A DNA stretch of 64,000 bases from a virus. The notes below the pieces were generated by a model that did no database searches, was not told the DNA's origin, and saw nothing but the letters and a program-made list of their open reading frames with translations. A program made the position numbers and the translations under genes. The stretch lies in IMG/VR virus record IMGVR_UViG_3300020190_000008. One strand, given 5' to 3'. This document shows positions 9,659 through 19,488 of this stretch, piece after piece. Numbering within the stretch: position 1 is the stretch's first letter; every line of letters starts with the position of its first letter.

Positions 9659-10892
9659 CCCCTTGAATGGTCGTGAAAGAATCAGAGTATTGGTTCTCCC
9701 AAGTGACCAGTCGGGGGTTGGCTGAGGTAAATTCCGATCAGTTGACCCCCACGTTAAATTACAAAATATGTATCCAGATGAATTCCATGTGGATATAGAT
9801 TACGAACCAAAAATAAATGATATAAATTACTGGAAAAAATATCAAATTGTTCATTTCCATAGAAGTATTGGTACCGATTACGATAATTGTACAAACATTA
9901 TTAAAATGTTAAGGTCATTGGGTATTATTGTTATTGCAGACATTGATGATTATTGGTTACCAACAAAAGAACACCCAATACATCAATTAATAATTCAAAA
10001 TAAATTACACGAAAAAATTATTGCAAATTTAAAAGTTTCTGATTATGTTATTACAACCACAGAATTATTTGCAAATGAAATTAGAAAGTTCAACAAAAAT
10101 GTTATTGTATTACCAAATGCTGTTGACCCAGCTGACCCGCAATTTAATGAACAAACACCAAAGTCTGATAAAATTAGAATTGGTTGGTTAGGTGGTTCTT
10201 CACACCTACACGATTTACAACTTTTAAATGGTATGGTTTCAAAACTATCAACGATTCAAGACAAGTTACAATATTACGTTTGTGGTTTTGATATTCGTGG
10301 TACTGTAACAGAAATTAACCAACAAACAGGACAAAAAACACAAAGATCAATAAAACCAGAAGAAACTGTTTGGGTTAAATACGAACAAATTTTTACGGAC
10401 AACTATAAAATTATAACACCAAAATATAAAGATTATTTAGATACATTTACAGAAAATGATTATCCTGGTGTTTTAGATGAGAACTATGTAAGGGTTTGGA
10501 CAAGACCAGTTACAAGTTATGCAAAAAACTATTCTAAATTTGATATTTCTTTAGCACCAATTAAAAACCATATTTTTAACAGAATGAAGTCTCAACTTAA
10601 AGTTATTGAAGCTGGTTTTTATAAAAAAGCTTTAATTGCTTCTAATGTTGGTCCATATACTATTGATTTAAAACATGCACTTAAAAATGGACAATTTACA
10701 GATGGAAACGCATTACTTGTAAATGAAAATAATAATCATAGTGATTGGGCAAAAAATATTAAAAAGTTAGTTGAAAACCCAAATATGATTACAGATCTTG
10801 GTGAAAGACTATATGAAACAGTTAAAGACAAATATGATTTAAACCGAGTGACAGAAACAAGAGCACAATTTTACAAATCTTTAATTAAATAA
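9645..10892 (+). CDS. GT-B glycosyltransferase with an in-frame TGA at codon 27 (9723-9725); the track calls only 9768..10892
   Basis: ATG 9645 gives MTENSPLNGRERIRVLVLPSDQSGVG*GKFRSVDPHVKLQNMYPDEF..., in frame with 9768. GT-B motifs DIDDYW, IGWLGGSSH, FNRMKSQLKVIEAG. Confidence 0.75.
9713..9750 (+). promoter_or_regulatory. 13-bp RNA hairpin enclosing the in-frame UGA (candidate recoding signal)
   Basis: GGGGGUUGGCUGA (9713-9725) pairs fully with UCAGUUGACCCCC (9738-9750), including 3 G-U pairs. Confidence 0.65.
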
Positions 10893-10893
10893 A

Positions 10894-11595
10894 ATGATAA
10901 ACATACCTATAACAAAAATATTATTCTTGGATATTGAAACCGTTGGTGGTTGTCCGGATTATGAATCTTGTCAAAAGTTTAGTCCAGAAATTGCAAATCA
11001 ATTTGATAAATATTTTGATTGGTTTTTAAAACGATTTCCAGAAGATTTGGGATTATCAAAAGATGAAGTTTTTAAAAAACGAGCAGCTCTTGTACCAGAG
11101 TTTGCAAAAATTGTTTGTGTATCAGTTGCATTTGTTTTAGAAAATGGCGAAACAAAAAAACAATCTTTTTCTGGTGAAGATGAAAAAAAATTATTAAAAG
11201 AAGTAAGAACATTACTTGATAGATGTGAAAAACTTGGATTCTATCTTTGTGGACATAATTTAAAAAATTTTGACATCCCAATGACAGCAAAACGAATGAT
11301 TATAAATGGGATTCGTCCTTCAAAAATTTTACCATCTTATGATACAAAACCTTGGGAAATAAAAGCAATTGATACAAAAGAAATTTGGCAATATGGTTCT
11401 TACACATCAATTGGTTCATTAGATTTATTATGTTCTTGTTTAGATATACCAACACCAAAGGATGGTGAAATAACTGGAGATTCAGTACACAAAGCATATT
11501 GGGAAGAACAAAAAATGAAAGAAATCACAGAATATTGTGAAAAAGATGTGGATGTTTTAATTGAAGCAATAATGAAATTAAAAAGTTTAGAATGA
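10894..11595 (+). CDS. DEDD 3'-5' exonuclease (PolB exonuclease-like)
   Basis: FLDIET, GHNLKNFDIP and YCEKDV exonuclease motifs. Confidence 0.85.
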   Translation: MINIPITKILFLDIETVGGCPDYESCQKFSPEIANQFDKYFDWFLKRFPEDLGLSKDEVFKKRAALVPEFAKIVCVSVAFVLENGETKKQSFSGEDEKKLLKEVRTLLDRCEKLGFYLCGHNLKNFDIPMTAKRMIINGIRPSKILPSYDTKPWEIKAIDTKEIWQYGSYTSIGSLDLLCSCLDIPTPKDGEITGDSVHKAYWEEQKMKEITEYCEKDVDVLIEAIMKLKSLE

Positions 11596-12155
11596 GTGAT
11601 AATATAGAAAATTTGTTTGACGATTCAATCGCAGATATTGATTACAATAAAATATTAAATGAATTTGGAATAGATGTTGAAACCCTTGAAAAAGAACTTG
11701 GTGTTTATCAACCAACAATAGATTTAAGGTTTTCAAAAGAAACTGATGAAGTTGTTACGCCAAATTACGCATACCCTTCAGATTCTGGTTTTGACTTACA
11801 TTCAACTGAAGAAATCTATATTGAACCTTTTGGTAGAGCTTTAGTTCCAACTGGTTTACGTTTGGATATTCCTGAAAACTACGAAATTCAGGTTAGGTCT
11901 AAAAGCGGTCTTGCTTTAAAACAGGGACTTATGGTTTTAAATTCACCAGGAACTGTAGATCAAGGATATACCGGTGAAATCAAAGTAATATTATTTAACA
12001 CAACAAATGGTAAAATTAAAATAGAAAAAGGTCAAAAAATTGCTCAAGGCGTTTTATGTCCTGTTGTTAGCGGAAGGTGGGTTAAAATAAAAGAAGTTAA
12101 AAGCGTTGAAGACAAAGATAGGTCTGATAAAGGATTTGGAAGTACGGGAATATGA
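11592..12155 (+). CDS. dut: Trimeric dUTPase
   Basis: SGFDL, RSKSGLA, GTVDQGYTGEI, KIAQGV, RSDKGFGSTG. Confidence 0.95.
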   Translation: MSDNIENLFDDSIADIDYNKILNEFGIDVETLEKELGVYQPTIDLRFSKETDEVVTPNYAYPSDSGFDLHSTEEIYIEPFGRALVPTGLRLDIPENYEIQVRSKSGLALKQGLMVLNSPGTVDQGYTGEIKVILFNTTNGKIKIEKGQKIAQGVLCPVVSGRWVKIKEVKSVEDKDRSDKGFGSTGI

Positions 12156-13675
12156 TTACAATAGGATACTCAACAAGAAAACATAATCCAACACTAATAG
12201 AATATTACAAAAAAGCTTGTGGTGGTGGAAAGAAAATTGAAGTTATTGAAAAGGTTAATAATGGTGAAAAGGGTCTTGCTCAAGTTTATAATGAAATATT
12301 AAATGAAGCAAAAAATAATATTGTTGTTTTTTGTCACGATGATATTGAATTTGACACAAATAACTGGGGTGAAAAATTATTAAAACTTTTTAATAAAAAT
12401 CCAGAGTATGGTATTATTGGTATTGCTGGAACAACTGATTTAATTGATGGTCGTTGGTGGACACTAAAAGAATCTATGACTGGTATTGTTTCACACAAAC
12501 ACGAAGGAAAAAAGTGGACCAATACATATTCTCAAGACCAGGGAAATAAACTAAAAGAAGTTGTTGTTCTTGATGGATTATTTTTTGCTGTTGATAAGAA
12601 AAAGATTCAAAGAAGGTTTGATGAATCATTTGAAGGATTTCATTTTTATGAAATTCCTTTTTGTCTTGAAAACTATTTGAATAATGTTAGGCTTGCTGTT
12701 ACAACACAAATTCGTGTAACACATATGTCTATAGGTCAAACAAATGAACAGTGGGAAAAAAATAAAATTAAGTTTGAAGAAAAGTATAAAGAAGTAATAC
12801 CAGTTAGATTAACAAGTAATAAAACTTTAGAAGAAAAGATGATTCTTGATATATCTAAGGTTGGTATTGGCATGACCACATATAAAGCTGAGCATAGGAT
12901 AAAACAATCGGCATTTACTGTACCAAAATGGATGAAAAATTTTGTTATTGTAAATGATGGTACACCATACGATAGTTCTTCGTACCCAGAACAAGCACAC
13001 ATAATCCAACACGAAAAAAACCAATGTGTTGGTGCTGCAAAAAATACCGCAATGAAATATCTTTTAGAGCAAGGTTGTGAACATATATTTTTAATGGAAG
13101 ATGATATTTTAATTAAAGATGAAAAGGTATTTGAAGAATATATAAAACATTCAGTATTATCTGGTATAAAACACTTAAATTTTGCTCTTCACGGACCCGC
13201 AAATAAAAAAGGTTCTACTAGGTTTACAACACTTGAAGATAGGAAAGACGTTGACGGTGAGCCAAATCCAAGAATGGTTATTCCATATCCAGATGGTATT
13301 AAAATTGTTTTATATCCAAACTGTGTTGGTGCATTTTCTTATTATCACAAGTCAGTTTTAGATAAAATTGGTCTGTTTGACCCAATGTTTAAAAACGCAT
13401 GGGAACACGTAGAACACACATACCAGGCAATTAAAAATAAATTCCACCCACCTTTCTGGTATTTTGCCGACATTGAAGATAGTTGGAAGTTTTTGACTGA
13501 TATTCCAAATTCAATTCAAGAAAGTACAATTGCAAGGACACCTGAATGGAATGATAATTTTAAAAGAGGAACCGAACACTATAGAAAAAAACATGGGATG
13601 ACACCAACGGAAACTCCTACAATGTCACCAGAATTTGTTTACAATACAATAAATTTTATGTATAATAAAAGATAA
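12152..13675 (+). CDS. Two-domain GT2-like glycosyltransferase
   Basis: Two GT-A domains (FCHDDI; VNDGT...LMEDDI). Confidence 0.8.
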   Translation: MITIGYSTRKHNPTLIEYYKKACGGGKKIEVIEKVNNGEKGLAQVYNEILNEAKNNIVVFCHDDIEFDTNNWGEKLLKLFNKNPEYGIIGIAGTTDLIDGRWWTLKESMTGIVSHKHEGKKWTNTYSQDQGNKLKEVVVLDGLFFAVDKKKIQRRFDESFEGFHFYEIPFCLENYLNNVRLAVTTQIRVTHMSIGQTNEQWEKNKIKFEEKYKEVIPVRLTSNKTLEEKMILDISKVGIGMTTYKAEHRIKQSAFTVPKWMKNFVIVNDGTPYDSSSYPEQAHIIQHEKNQCVGAAKNTAMKYLLEQGCEHIFLMEDDILIKDEKVFEEYIKHSVLSGIKHLNFALHGPANKKGSTRFTTLEDRKDVDGEPNPRMVIPYPDGIKIVLYPNCVGAFSYYHKSVLDKIGLFDPMFKNAWEHVEHTYQAIKNKFHPPFWYFADIEDSWKFLTDIPNSIQESTIARTPEWNDNFKRGTEHYRKKHGMTPTETPTMSPEFVYNTINFMYNKR

Positions 13676-13676
13676 T

Positions 13677-14438
13677 ATGATAGATTTTAAAGACGTAACA
13701 TTTATTATACCAATACGGTTTGATAGTGAAGATAGAAAAAGAAATTTTGCTGTTACAATAAATTTTTTAGAAAAAAATTTTGACACAAATATAATTGTTA
13801 TGGAATCTGACAAAACCTCAAACGAAAGTTTTGTAAAAAACATATCAAAAAAAATTCATTACGTTTTTGAAGAGCATGAAAGTAACCTATTTCATAGGAC
13901 AAAAATGTTAAATGACATGACAAAATTGTGTAAAACAAATATTATCGCAAACTATGATGTTGATGTATTATTTACAATAGAACAGTATTTAGCAACAAGA
14001 TTTGCATTAAACACGGGAGTTGATTTTGTTTTTCCATATGGAGGTAAGTTTTATGATATACCCCAAAGATTTTTTAGTTTATTAACTGAAAATAAATTCA
14101 ATGAAATTGATTTGAATGATTGTACACTATTTAATCCTAATTCAATGGGGGGTGCTATATTTTTTAATAAAGACGCTTACACAAAAATTGGACTGGAAAA
14201 TGAAAATTTTATTTCATGGGGACATGAGGATTGGGAAAGAGTTGGTCGTATAGAAAAGATGGGGTACAAAATTTATAGAACACCAGGTGTGTTATATCAT
14301 TTAACACATTATAGAACACACAATAGTTCAGGGTCAAATCCAATGTATAACCATAATGGTAATGAATACAGAAAAGTTATGTCAATGTCTAAAGAACAAT
14401 TGACAGAACATATAAAAACTTGGAATTGGATAAAATAA
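13677..14438 (+). CDS. GT2/GT7-like glycosyltransferase
   Basis: FIIPIR, YDVDV, ENENFISWGHED. Confidence 0.8.
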   Translation: MIDFKDVTFIIPIRFDSEDRKRNFAVTINFLEKNFDTNIIVMESDKTSNESFVKNISKKIHYVFEEHESNLFHRTKMLNDMTKLCKTNIIANYDVDVLFTIEQYLATRFALNTGVDFVFPYGGKFYDIPQRFFSLLTENKFNEIDLNDCTLFNPNSMGGAIFFNKDAYTKIGLENENFISWGHEDWERVGRIEKMGYKIYRTPGVLYHLTHYRTHNSSGSNPMYNHNGNEYRKVMSMSKEQLTEHIKTWNWIK

Positions 14439-14462
14439 AAAAATAAAAAAAATAAAATTATT

Positions 14463-15092
14463 ATGAGTGGAATTAATTATCAATGGGCAAAAACTTTTAT
14501 TAACAAAGAAACGCCTATAATATTTGACATTGGGGCACATAACTTTAACGACAGTATAAACATAAAGATAAATTTTCCAAGTGCAACGGTTTACGCTTTT
14601 GAAGCATACAAAAACAACTGTGAAAAATTTGGAACTAATGCAATAAATCACAATATTCAGGTTTTTAATTTGGCAATATCTGATAAAGTAGGTAAAACAA
14701 AATTTTACAATTCTGAAACATTGAACGGAATGGAATGGACTTGTTCTGGTTCTATATTACAACCAACAAAAGAAGAAGGTGTAACTATCCATCCAGGGTT
14801 AATATATAATAGAGAAGGAATTGATGTTGAAACAGTTACTATTGAATATTTTTGTGAGGAAAATGACATTGATAATGTGGACTTCATTCACATGGACATA
14901 CAAGGGGCAGAATATTACGCAATAAAAGGTATGGGTGAAAGAATAAAACCAAAAATAATTTATTGCGAAACCTTTGAGTATGATTCATATGAAAATTCAT
15001 TGAGTAGAGATGATTTAGATAACCTTTTGTTTTCACTTGGTTATTCTATAAAAGAAAGATTTGAATACGACACACTATACATTTTAAATTAA
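14463..15092 (+). CDS. FkbM-family methyltransferase
   Basis: FDIGAH, YAFEA, HMDIQGAE. Confidence 0.85.
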   Translation: MSGINYQWAKTFINKETPIIFDIGAHNFNDSINIKINFPSATVYAFEAYKNNCEKFGTNAINHNIQVFNLAISDKVGKTKFYNSETLNGMEWTCSGSILQPTKEEGVTIHPGLIYNREGIDVETVTIEYFCEENDIDNVDFIHMDIQGAEYYAIKGMGERIKPKIIYCETFEYDSYENSLSRDDLDNLLFSLGYSIKERFEYDTLYILN

Positions 15093-15104
15093 AAAAATAT
15101 ATTT

Positions 15105-15728
15105 ATGGAATTTTATTCACAATATGGTCAAGATAAGTTTTTATTTGAAAACTTTTTTAAAGAAAAAAATAATGGGTTTTATTTAGATATAGGAGCACAC
15201 GACGGTATAACTTTAAGTAATACTTACTTTTTTGAAAAATTGGGTTGGGATGGGGTTTGTATAGAACCGATACCAAACGTGTTCAATAAATTAAAAGAAA
15301 ATAGAAACTGTAAATTATTTAATTGTGCTCTATCGAATAAAAAGGGTACTGAAAATTTTCTATTACTTGAGGGTTATACCGAAATGTTGAGTGGTTTATT
15401 AGAAAATTACAATCCAGCACATTTATTAAGAATAGAAAATGAATTAAGAATGATGGGAGGTAATAAAAAAATTATAACAACAGAAACTATAACTTTTGAC
15501 GAATTAAATCTACCAAAAAATATAGATTACATGAGTTTAGATGTTGAAGGTTCAGAAATGAAAATTTTAGAAACTATTGATTTTAATAAAAATCAAATAA
15601 ATTTGATTTCAATCGAAGTAAATCACAATTCAGATTTTATATCTAATTATTTAGAATCGAAAAATTTTGAAAAGATTACTACTTTAGGTTGTGATTACAT
15701 ATACAAAAATAAAAATTTCAACATTTAA
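15105..15728 (+). CDS. FkbM-family methyltransferase
   Basis: YSQYGQD, LDIGAHDG...SNT, IEP, SLDVEGSE. Confidence 0.9.
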   Translation: MEFYSQYGQDKFLFENFFKEKNNGFYLDIGAHDGITLSNTYFFEKLGWDGVCIEPIPNVFNKLKENRNCKLFNCALSNKKGTENFLLLEGYTEMLSGLLENYNPAHLLRIENELRMMGGNKKIITTETITFDELNLPKNIDYMSLDVEGSEMKILETIDFNKNQINLISIEVNHNSDFISNYLESKNFEKITTLGCDYIYKNKNFNI

Positions 15729-15731
15729 AAA

Positions 15732-16361
15732 ATGAAAAAAAATCTTAAATTACCATTTACAGATTACGACAAAATAGAAAATAACTATAGTCAGGCAGCA
15801 CAAGATTTGTTTGTACTTTCTTGTTTGAAAGGGAAAAAAAATGGTACTTTTTTGGATTTAGGTTGTGCTCACCCAACTCATATAAACAACACCTATTTAC
15901 TTGAAAAAGATTTTGGTTGGGATGGGTTGTCAATTGACATTGACGAAAGTTTAACATCAAAATACCCAAGTCATAGAAATACTAAATCAATAACAAGAGA
16001 TTGTACTTCTTTAGACTTTGAAGAAGTTTTAAGTTATTATAATAGTAATCATATTGATTATTTATCTCTAGATTTAGAGCCAGCAAATGTAACACTAGAA
16101 TGTCTAAAAGCAATTCCATTTGATAAAATAGAATTTTCTGTTATAACTTATGAACATGACAAATATAGGTTTGGAGATCAATACCGAAAAGAATCCAGAA
16201 AAATATTTAAACAAATGGGTTATGAATTAATTTCTTCTGACGTTTGTAGTAATAATTTTCCTTATGAAGATTGGTATTACAACCCAAAATATGTAAATTA
16301 CGAATATATTAAAATTTTTGAAAAAAATAATAGTGAGTGGGATTTAATTATTTACGAATAA
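15732..16361 (+). CDS. FkbM-like methyltransferase
   Basis: YSQAAQD, LDLGCAHP...NNT, YLSLDLE, ITYEHD. Confidence 0.75.
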   Translation: MKKNLKLPFTDYDKIENNYSQAAQDLFVLSCLKGKKNGTFLDLGCAHPTHINNTYLLEKDFGWDGLSIDIDESLTSKYPSHRNTKSITRDCTSLDFEEVLSYYNSNHIDYLSLDLEPANVTLECLKAIPFDKIEFSVITYEHDKYRFGDQYRKESRKIFKQMGYELISSDVCSNNFPYEDWYYNPKYVNYEYIKIFEKNNSEWDLIIYE

Positions 16362-16362
16362 A

Positions 16363-17130
16363 ATGGTTAGCACAAATTTAGCCGGCGGTTTGGGTAATTT
16401 TATGTTTCAGATTTCTGCGGCATATTCTTTAGCTTTAGATAATAATGATGAATGTGTTTTTGATATACAAACAAGTAAAATCGGACATAAAAAAATAGAA
16501 ACGTACATACCGAATATTTTTAGAGATTTAAAATTTGGACAAGTAAAACCTGATTTTTTTTACAACGAAACAAGCTTTACGTATGAAAAAATACCACACA
16601 TAAAAAATCTTTTATTGAATGGTTATTTCCAGAGTGAAAGATACTTCAAAAATAATAGAAATAAAATTCTAGATTTATTTTCTATTGACAAAAATTCATT
16701 AAAGTACATTAATGAAAAATACAAAGATATTGATTTTTTAAATTCTACATCGTTACATATAAGACGTGGCGATTATAAAAATTTACCATTACATCACCCA
16801 ATATGTGAAATGTCATACTATCATAAAGCAATTGATATTATAAAACCAGAAAACTTATTAATTTTTTCTGACGATATTAATTGGTGTAAAGAAAGTTTTA
16901 AAAATTATAAAAATAAAATAATTTACATAGATGGTAACCCTGACTATATTGAATTATGGTTAATGTCTATGTGCAAAAATAATATAATTGCAAATTCTAC
17001 ATTTTCTTGGTGGGGTGCCTGGTTAAATAATAACAATGAAAAGATTGTTGTGGCACCAAGTAGATGGTTTGGTTCAGCAATAAAACACGAAATAAAAGAT
17101 TTATTATTAGAAGAATGGATCAAAATTTAA
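16363..17130 (+). CDS. Alpha-1,2-fucosyltransferase (GT11)
   Basis: GGLGNFMFQ, GYFQSE, HIRRGDY, FSDD, ANSTFSWWGA. Confidence 0.92.
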   Translation: MVSTNLAGGLGNFMFQISAAYSLALDNNDECVFDIQTSKIGHKKIETYIPNIFRDLKFGQVKPDFFYNETSFTYEKIPHIKNLLLNGYFQSERYFKNNRNKILDLFSIDKNSLKYINEKYKDIDFLNSTSLHIRRGDYKNLPLHHPICEMSYYHKAIDIIKPENLLIFSDDINWCKESFKNYKNKIIYIDGNPDYIELWLMSMCKNNIIANSTFSWWGAWLNNNNEKIVVAPSRWFGSAIKHEIKDLLLEEWIKI

Positions 17131-17963
17131 ATAAAATAAAATTAAAAATTGTTGATGCTGCCTTTTCACATTGTGAATACAGTAATAACCCAACACCTCC
17201 ACTACAAAAATCACAATATCTTTATTGGGATAGGTCACCAAACATTAATCAAAACGAAACATTGTTTGTTACAGAGTCTAACATTATGAATCAATCAATA
17301 ATAAATCTACCCATTAAAAAAATAGCTTGGCTTTTAGAATGTAAGTTTTTTTCACCTATGAACTATTATTGGATAGAATCAAATTATAAAAAATACGACT
17401 ATGTATTAACTCACGATAAAGAAATTATACCTAAAATTCCAAACTCACTTTGGTTACCTACTGGTGGTTGTTGGGTAAGTGATTCGGACTGGTCTTGTGA
17501 ATACCAAAAAAATAAATTAGTATCAATGATGATTTCTAATAAAACACAATTAGAAGGACATAAATTGAGACATAAAATTAAAAACGAAAACTTACCAATT
17601 GATATTTTTGGTAGAGGCTTTAATTACATTGAAAATAAAATAACAGCTTTAAAAGATTACAAATTTCACGTAACAATTGAAAATTCAAGGGTGCCTGGGT
17701 ATTTTACAGAAAAATTAATAGATTGTTTTGTAACAGGAACTGTACCAATTTATTGGGGGGATCCAAAAATTGACGAGGTTTTTGACACTTCTGGGATGAT
17801 AATAGTAAACTCTTTTGAAGAAATTAATGAAGTTATAAATGAAATTCAAAAAATTGATTTTGAATTGTACAAAACTGGGATAAAAAATAATTTTGATGAA
17901 TCAAAAAAATATATTTTATCTGAAAATTATCTTTATGAAAATTACAAATTTTTAATACAATAA
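17115..17963 (+). CDS. GT10-like (alpha-1,3-fucosyltransferase family) glycosyltransferase
   Basis: YKFHVTIENS...YFTEKLIDCF..GTVPIYWG; start likely MDQN at 17115. Confidence 0.8.
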   Translation: MDQNLNKIKLKIVDAAFSHCEYSNNPTPPLQKSQYLYWDRSPNINQNETLFVTESNIMNQSIINLPIKKIAWLLECKFFSPMNYYWIESNYKKYDYVLTHDKEIIPKIPNSLWLPTGGCWVSDSDWSCEYQKNKLVSMMISNKTQLEGHKLRHKIKNENLPIDIFGRGFNYIENKITALKDYKFHVTIENSRVPGYFTEKLIDCFVTGTVPIYWGDPKIDEVFDTSGMIIVNSFEEINEVINEIQKIDFELYKTGIKNNFDESKKYILSENYLYENYKFLIQ

Positions 17964-17965
17964 AT

Positions 17966-18571
17966 ATGAAACAACAAATTAATGAATGGTTTGCGGCAAA
18001 TGGAGATTCGACGTTAAGATTAGATTATCAACTTGATGAAAATTCAATAGTGTTTGATTTAGGTGGATACGTTGGTGACTGGACAAGTAGAATATGGGAA
18101 AAATATAAATGTAATATATTTGTTTTTGAACCAATACCACATTTGTCAGAACAAATTAAAAATAAATTTTTAGGTAACGAAAAAATTAAAGTATTTAATT
18201 TTGGTTTATCAAATGAAACTAAAAAATTAAATATAAATTATTCAGAAGATGGTAGTAGTTTCCATTCAAACGTAGGTAAACAAATTATTGAATGTCAAAT
18301 AAAATCAATTTGTGATTTTATTTCAGAAAATAAAATAGAAAAAATTGATTTAATAAAAATTAATACTGAAGGTGATGAATTCGAAACATTAAAATCACTT
18401 ATTGAAAATAATCTGATAGAAATTTTTACAGACATACAAGTTCAGTTTCATAATTTTATACCAGACGCAGAAAATTTAAGAAATGAACTTCAAGAAAAAT
18501 TACTTAAAACACATAAATTAACTTACAATTTTGACTTTGTTTGGGAAAATTGGCAAAAAAGAATAAATTAA
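17966..18571 (+). CDS. FkbM-family methyltransferase
   Basis: FDLGGYVG, FEP, KINTEGDE, QVQFH. Confidence 0.85.
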   Translation: MKQQINEWFAANGDSTLRLDYQLDENSIVFDLGGYVGDWTSRIWEKYKCNIFVFEPIPHLSEQIKNKFLGNEKIKVFNFGLSNETKKLNINYSEDGSSFHSNVGKQIIECQIKSICDFISENKIEKIDLIKINTEGDEFETLKSLIENNLIEIFTDIQVQFHNFIPDAENLRNELQEKLLKTHKLTYNFDFVWENWQKRIN

Positions 18572-19486
18572 ATGAATAATAAAATTTTAATTACTGGTGG
18601 TTATGGTTTAGTTGGGTCTGAATTTACTAAAGAAAATTATATAAAAATATCATCAAATAATGTTGATTTAAGAAATACTTTAGATGTTGATAATTTTTTT
18701 AACCAAACAAATTTTGATGGTATAATACATTGTGCTGCTAAAGTTGGTGGTGTTGGTAGTAATATGAAATACAAAGGTGAGTTTTTTTACGATAACATTA
18801 TGATGAATACTAATGTTATTGAACAAGCTAGAAAATACAAAATTAAAAACCTTGTAGCTTTTTTGTCGACTTGTGTTTTTCCAAACGATGTTGAATACCC
18901 ATTAACAGAAAAAAAAATACATCTTGGTCCACCGCATTTTTCTAATGATGCTTATGCCTATTCTAAAAGAATGTCGGACATTCAAATTAGGGCTTACAAA
19001 GAACAATATGATTTAAATTATAAGTCTGTAATACCAACAAACATATATGGTCCAAACGATAATTACAATATAGAAAACGGACACGTAATTCCATCATTAA
19101 TTCACAAATGTTATCTGGCTAGAAAAAACAAAACTGATTTTACAATTTGGGGTTCTGGAAAACCATTAAGAGAATTCATATTTAGTCGTGACGTTGCAAA
19201 ACTTACAGAGTGGGTTCTAGAAAACTACACCGAAAATGAACCAATTATTTTATCAACTTCAGAAGAAATCGCAATTAAAGATGTTGTTGAAATTATTGTT
19301 GAACTTATGAACTTTAAAGGTTCCGTAAAATGGGATTCATCAAAACCAGATGGGCAATTTAGAAAACCAAGTGATAATAGTAAAATTAAAAATTATTTAC
19401 CAAATTTCAAATTTACACCAATATATAATGGTTTAAAAGAAACTATTGAATATTTTGAAAAAAACTATAATCTTATAAGAAAATAA
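18572..19486 (+). CDS. fcl: GDP-L-fucose synthase
   Basis: TGGYGLVG, HCAAKVGG, YAYSKR, PTNIYGPNDN, WGSGKPLREF, KPDGQFRK. Confidence 0.93.
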   Translation: MNNKILITGGYGLVGSEFTKENYIKISSNNVDLRNTLDVDNFFNQTNFDGIIHCAAKVGGVGSNMKYKGEFFYDNIMMNTNVIEQARKYKIKNLVAFLSTCVFPNDVEYPLTEKKIHLGPPHFSNDAYAYSKRMSDIQIRAYKEQYDLNYKSVIPTNIYGPNDNYNIENGHVIPSLIHKCYLARKNKTDFTIWGSGKPLREFIFSRDVAKLTEWVLENYTENEPIILSTSEEIAIKDVVEIIVELMNFKGSVKWDSSKPDGQFRKPSDNSKIKNYLPNFKFTPIYNGLKETIEYFEKNYNLIRK

Positions 19487-19488
19487 AA

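Noticed and set aside
8744-9725. Group I intron containing the endonuclease
   Set aside because: No upstream exon (the previous gene ends with a terminator), no recognisable P/Q/R/S core, and no room for one.
9723-9750. Selenocysteine insertion at the TGA
   Set aside because: The position is a Gly-rich loop of a glycosyltransferase, not a redox Cys site. The main stem includes the UGA instead of lying 3' of it, and no sel genes are seen in the window. Not formally excluded.
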